Made by a program: the position numbers and the translations under genes. The notes below the pieces were generated by a model that was given only the letters and a program-made list of their open reading frames with translations, made no database searches and was not told the DNA's origin. Below, piece by piece: positions 36,980-40,360 of a stretch of 40,360 nucleotides of DNA (positions are counted from its first letter, which is position 1; every line of letters starts with the position of its first letter). The DNA is taken from positions 1 through 40,360 of the IMG/VR virus record IMGVR_UViG_3300040769_000012; one strand, given 5' to 3'. This DNA is from a virus. Taxonomy: Duplodnaviria; Caudoviricetes.

Positions 36980-38040
36980 TGATTCCATATCGTCAGTACA
37001 TGTATAACCGACGCCTGAATGAAGCCCGGGCATCCATTGCCCCGCTTCAAAACAGGGCGTATGATCGGTATGCTGCAGAGTTCTCCCAAAATCTAGAGAG
37101 TGCAACCACTTCGTTGACCAGCCAGTTCGATGAATTCTTTGGAGCAGACACGGATAGACGTAATTCGTTCATCCAAGACCTGCAAACCAACATCGACCTT
37201 GGCAATCAAAGCCTGTCCGAAGTGCAGGCCGCCGAGCAGGACCTGCTTGGTGGTATCCGTGGTGGTCAGGTGAACCGTGGTAACATTGCTACACGGGCCG
37301 AGACTGCCCGAATGCGTAAGGCCCTCAGTAATCTGACCAGCCTTGGACTGCAAGAGGACACCGAGGAAACAAAGGTGTTGGATCTGTTTGGTAACGAGGT
37401 CACATTGAATGACCTTGACCTTAACCAAAGGACCAACAACCGGTTCTCGGTGGAACCACAGGCTATGGATGAGGTTGACCCGGCCCTGTTGCAGACTGTC
37501 CAGCAACAGTACGAAGAGTTCCGAGATATGCAGGACCGTGACCTGCCGGGATCAGTGGTCTATGGAACCGAGTATGGCCGACTGGCCAATCGGTTTGGTG
37601 ACCGTGACCCGGAGACAATGGCCCGCCTTCTGCAGATCTACGGAGACACCGACGTTTCTTTGGCTGGTATCAGGGATGATGACCTTGGGGAGTTCCTTAA
37701 CCCCGAGGCGGGTGTGCGTCAACAGACCTATGAGCAACTCAATCAGGCTATGGATGAGCTTGAGAGAGACGAGCTTCAACGTAGGTTTGAGATGGCACAG
37801 CAACGAGAGCAGCAACGAATAGAAAAGAACAGACAAATCATGGAGGCCAGGGACACATTCCAGTCCCAGGCCGAATCCTTAGGTACTACTCTCAAGAAGC
37901 TTGGTCTAACCTCTGAGCAACTACAGGCCAGAGACGATCTATCCGCCGAGGGATCCCTAAAGGATACTCGGAGTAACGTGGTGGTGGCTGCGCCCAAGAC
38001 AAACCGTACCGCCCCCACCTTTCAGCAAAGACCGGAGTAA
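36979..38040 (+). CDS. Hypothetical Q/D/E-rich helical protein (possible virion protein)
   Basis: 353-aa ORF upstream of the portal gene, TGATG coupling. Confidence 0.7.
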   Translation: MIPYRQYMYNRRLNEARASIAPLQNRAYDRYAAEFSQNLESATTSLTSQFDEFFGADTDRRNSFIQDLQTNIDLGNQSLSEVQAAEQDLLGGIRGGQVNRGNIATRAETARMRKALSNLTSLGLQEDTEETKVLDLFGNEVTLNDLDLNQRTNNRFSVEPQAMDEVDPALLQTVQQQYEEFRDMQDRDLPGSVVYGTEYGRLANRFGDRDPETMARLLQIYGDTDVSLAGIRDDDLGEFLNPEAGVRQQTYEQLNQAMDELERDELQRRFEMAQQREQQRIEKNRQIMEARDTFQSQAESLGTTLKKLGLTSEQLQARDDLSAEGSLKDTRSNVVVAAPKTNRTAPTFQQRPE

Positions 38041-38043
38041 GCA

Positions 38044-38382
38044 ATGGGACTAGGACGTACTGTAATCTCAGGAGGCATGTCGCAGGCTGAGTATGAACAG
38101 ACACTGCAACGAAACCGAGACGAGCAAGCCCGACTTGAAGAGGAGCGAAGAATCGCCGCCGAACAAAGAGAGCAAGACCGTATCTCGCAAGAAGAAATCC
38201 GCCTACAGGAACAGAAGCAAGAAGAAATTAGGCTGGAAGACGAACTTGACAAGGCCGAAGAGCAAGTAATCCGCGAGCTTGAGGCCCAGCAATCCCAGCG
38301 TGCCAACGATGGACTGACGATTGACTTCTTTGGTTCACTGATGAAGGGCATTTCTGGAAACAGAACCAGCAACACAAGGTGA
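38044..38382 (+). CDS. Small coiled-coil protein, positionally like T7 gp7.3 virion assembly protein
   Basis: E/Q/R-rich; immediately precedes the portal gene. Confidence 0.6.
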   Translation: MGLGRTVISGGMSQAEYEQTLQRNRDEQARLEEERRIAAEQREQDRISQEEIRLQEQKQEEIRLEDELDKAEEQVIRELEAQQSQRANDGLTIDFFGSLMKGISGNRTSNTR

Positions 38383-38388
38383 TAGCCC

Positions 38389-39903
38389 ATGATTTCAGAC
38401 AACATGGAACGATTCAAGCAGCTTGATGCACAAAGATCAGGCCACCTTGATAAGGCCAGAAAGATTGCGGCGATTACCATTCCCCGACTTCTGCCTCCCG
38501 AAGGTTGGGCAAGCGACCAAAGCCTGCCCAAGCCCTATAGTTCGACAACCGCAAGGGCCGTATCTTCCCTTGCATCCAAGATCCTGGGTGTACTGATCCC
38601 GACCAACGACCAGCCGTACTTTCGGTTTGGTCTTAAGGACGGGGCTGACGTACCCACAGAGATCCGGATTCTATTGGATAACCTGGAACGCCAGGTATAC
38701 AACAAACTGAACATGACCAACCTGAGGGAAGTGGCATTCGAGATTCTCGAACAAGCCATTGTCCTTGGCGATGTCCTTGTACACGAGACGGATGAGTTCA
38801 ACTTCTTCACATCCCGCCTTGATGAGTTTGTTGTGGTAAGAGACCAAGAGGGTAACATGATCGAGGTTCTGTACCTACAGTACGAGCCCGACCCCGAGGA
38901 TCCGGTTAAGTCCGGCTATGTATCTTCTTCGGGTGATGCTTACCACAAGCAGGGATTCCTTACGTATTACTGTCGGGTCTTCCTAAATGAAGAGAAGAAG
39001 TGGGAATACACCAAGATGTGTGCCAAGGGTGTCCTTCACGAGGATGGAATCTTTGAGGTTGCCCCCGTTACCGTGGTCCCTTGGAAGCACGTATCCGGTG
39101 AGCATTGGAGCCGGTCGCATTGTGAGGATCTGATTGGGGACATTGATGCCCTTGAGGAATTCACCATGATGCTGCAGCAGGGCATTGCTGCTTCGATCTG
39201 GTTCCTGCTTGGTCTAAAGCCGTCGTCAATCTCTGACATTGATGACATCCGTGGACGTAACGTGGGCGATATCGTCGGGCTGATGCCTGATGACCTGTTC
39301 CCCGTGTCCCCGGGCCGAGAGCTTTCGCCTCAGGTTAACACCGCCTTCAATGGTGTGCAAGAAATGCGCCGCGAAGTGGGCCAAGGATTCCTCATGGGAT
39401 CTACTTCACTACCCACGGGTGATCGTGTGACCGCTGCGGCGGTTCGCATGATCGGATCCGAGCTTGACTCGGTGGCCGGTGGTGCATTCTCCAAGATTTC
39501 CAAGGTTCTCCTTACGTTCGCCATCGAGCGGACCCTGGCTGTTATGCTTAAGAAGGAGGAGATTGACCCGGAGCTTGCCGAAGAGTTATTCGGTGAGGAT
39601 CCCACGGTGGAGATCGAGGTACTTACTGGTCTGGCCGCACTGAATAGAGATGCTGAGCTAACCAAACTTCTACAGCTAGGTGACATGGTAAGAAACTTAC
39701 CGCCGGAAGCCACCGCTATGTTTAATTGGAGAGAATACGCTATGGCAACAATCACAGCCTTAGGACATGACCCCAATAAGTTCGTCAAGGATGCTAAGAC
39801 ACTCCAAGCCGAACAAGAGCAGGCCCAAGCCCAACAGCTTGTGAACCAGGCCGCTCAAACAGCGGTACCGAATCTTCTTAACCAAGCTGTAGAAGGGGGG
39901 TGA
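38389..39903 (+). CDS. Head-tail connector (portal), T7 gp8-like
   Basis: TIP.L.P, ARAVSSLASK, P.FR, VV.RD..GN, RVTA..VR....EL....GG, TGLAALNR. Confidence 0.92.
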   Translation: MISDNMERFKQLDAQRSGHLDKARKIAAITIPRLLPPEGWASDQSLPKPYSSTTARAVSSLASKILGVLIPTNDQPYFRFGLKDGADVPTEIRILLDNLERQVYNKLNMTNLREVAFEILEQAIVLGDVLVHETDEFNFFTSRLDEFVVVRDQEGNMIEVLYLQYEPDPEDPVKSGYVSSSGDAYHKQGFLTYYCRVFLNEEKKWEYTKMCAKGVLHEDGIFEVAPVTVVPWKHVSGEHWSRSHCEDLIGDIDALEEFTMMLQQGIAASIWFLLGLKPSSISDIDDIRGRNVGDIVGLMPDDLFPVSPGRELSPQVNTAFNGVQEMRREVGQGFLMGSTSLPTGDRVTAAAVRMIGSELDSVAGGAFSKISKVLLTFAIERTLAVMLKKEEIDPELAEELFGEDPTVEIEVLTGLAALNRDAELTKLLQLGDMVRNLPPEATAMFNWREYAMATITALGHDPNKFVKDAKTLQAEQEQAQAQQLVNQAAQTAVPNLLNQAVEGG

Positions 39904-40043
39904 TCAATTAATCTATTCACCACGGCTGGGCTGGAGGACGTAACTGCTAGGACAACTAATGAACACAACAAACATGGAGGTAGCAGTATGAGCTACTTGT
40001 CTAATTACACCGGACGCCTGTTGCGTTCACAGGGGGCGGGCTG

Positions 40044-40360
40044 ATGGCCGCACCCACGTTCCGACTCTGCGACGAAGACGGCGGCACCAGCGGTAGCACG
40101 TCGGTCCAGACCCTTCAGGGGGTGTGGCTCCGCATCGACGTTGACTGGGCGTCCCACGATTGGGGATCGGTCGGAGACGACTGGCGGAAGTGCGGCATCG
40201 AGTGGGATTGGGACGACGACGGAGCAGCCTACAACACGCACGACGGCGGGTTCAACTCGGCCCACTACTACGAGTCGGCAGGCACCTACACCCCGTCCTG
40301 CACGATCACGAACCTCGCCACCGGCGAGTCCACCACCGAGACGTGGACAATCACTGTCTC
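40044..40360 (+). CDS. 3'-truncated PKD/Ig-like domain protein (not in ORF track)
   Basis: ...IEWDWDDDG...AHYYESAGTYTPSCTIT...TWTITV matches the PKD pattern WDFGDG...HxY...GTY; TGATG-coupled to an 18-aa ORF at 39988-40044. Confidence 0.65.
   Translation, partial: MAAPTFRLCDEDGGTSGSTSVQTLQGVWLRIDVDWASHDWGSVGDDWRKCGIEWDWDDDGAAYNTHDGGFNSAHYYESAGTYTPSCTITNLATGESTTETWTITV

Overview
About 40 kb of a T7-like (Autographiviridae-type) phage genome, with essentially all genes on the + strand. The window starts inside a giant putative internal-virion gene (to 5482). It then crosses a repeat-rich, mostly non-coding probable genome-end junction (5.5-7.7 kb). Next comes an unusually long early region of about 40 small ORFs, including a protein-kinase-like, a PRTase-like and a DUF932-like gene and 5 tRNAs. 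After that come a single-subunit RNA polymerase and a DNA-metabolism module: SSB, RusA, intein-containing ThyX, primase/helicase, PolA, dNMP kinase, exonuclease, dUTPase, and a class II RNR split by a group I intron with an HNH ORF. The window ends at the portal gene and a truncated PKD-like ORF. The most notable observations are: an ECF-sigma-like segment inside the giant protein; three tRNA-like RNAs with non-canonical D/anticodon arms; a conserved hairpin in front of three tRNAs; a ~47-bp inverted repeat bracketing one early gene; a candidate phage promoter motif (AAAG[T/C]ACCC[C/T]CT); and two frameshifted early genes. All calls come from reading motifs by eye; no database searches were run.
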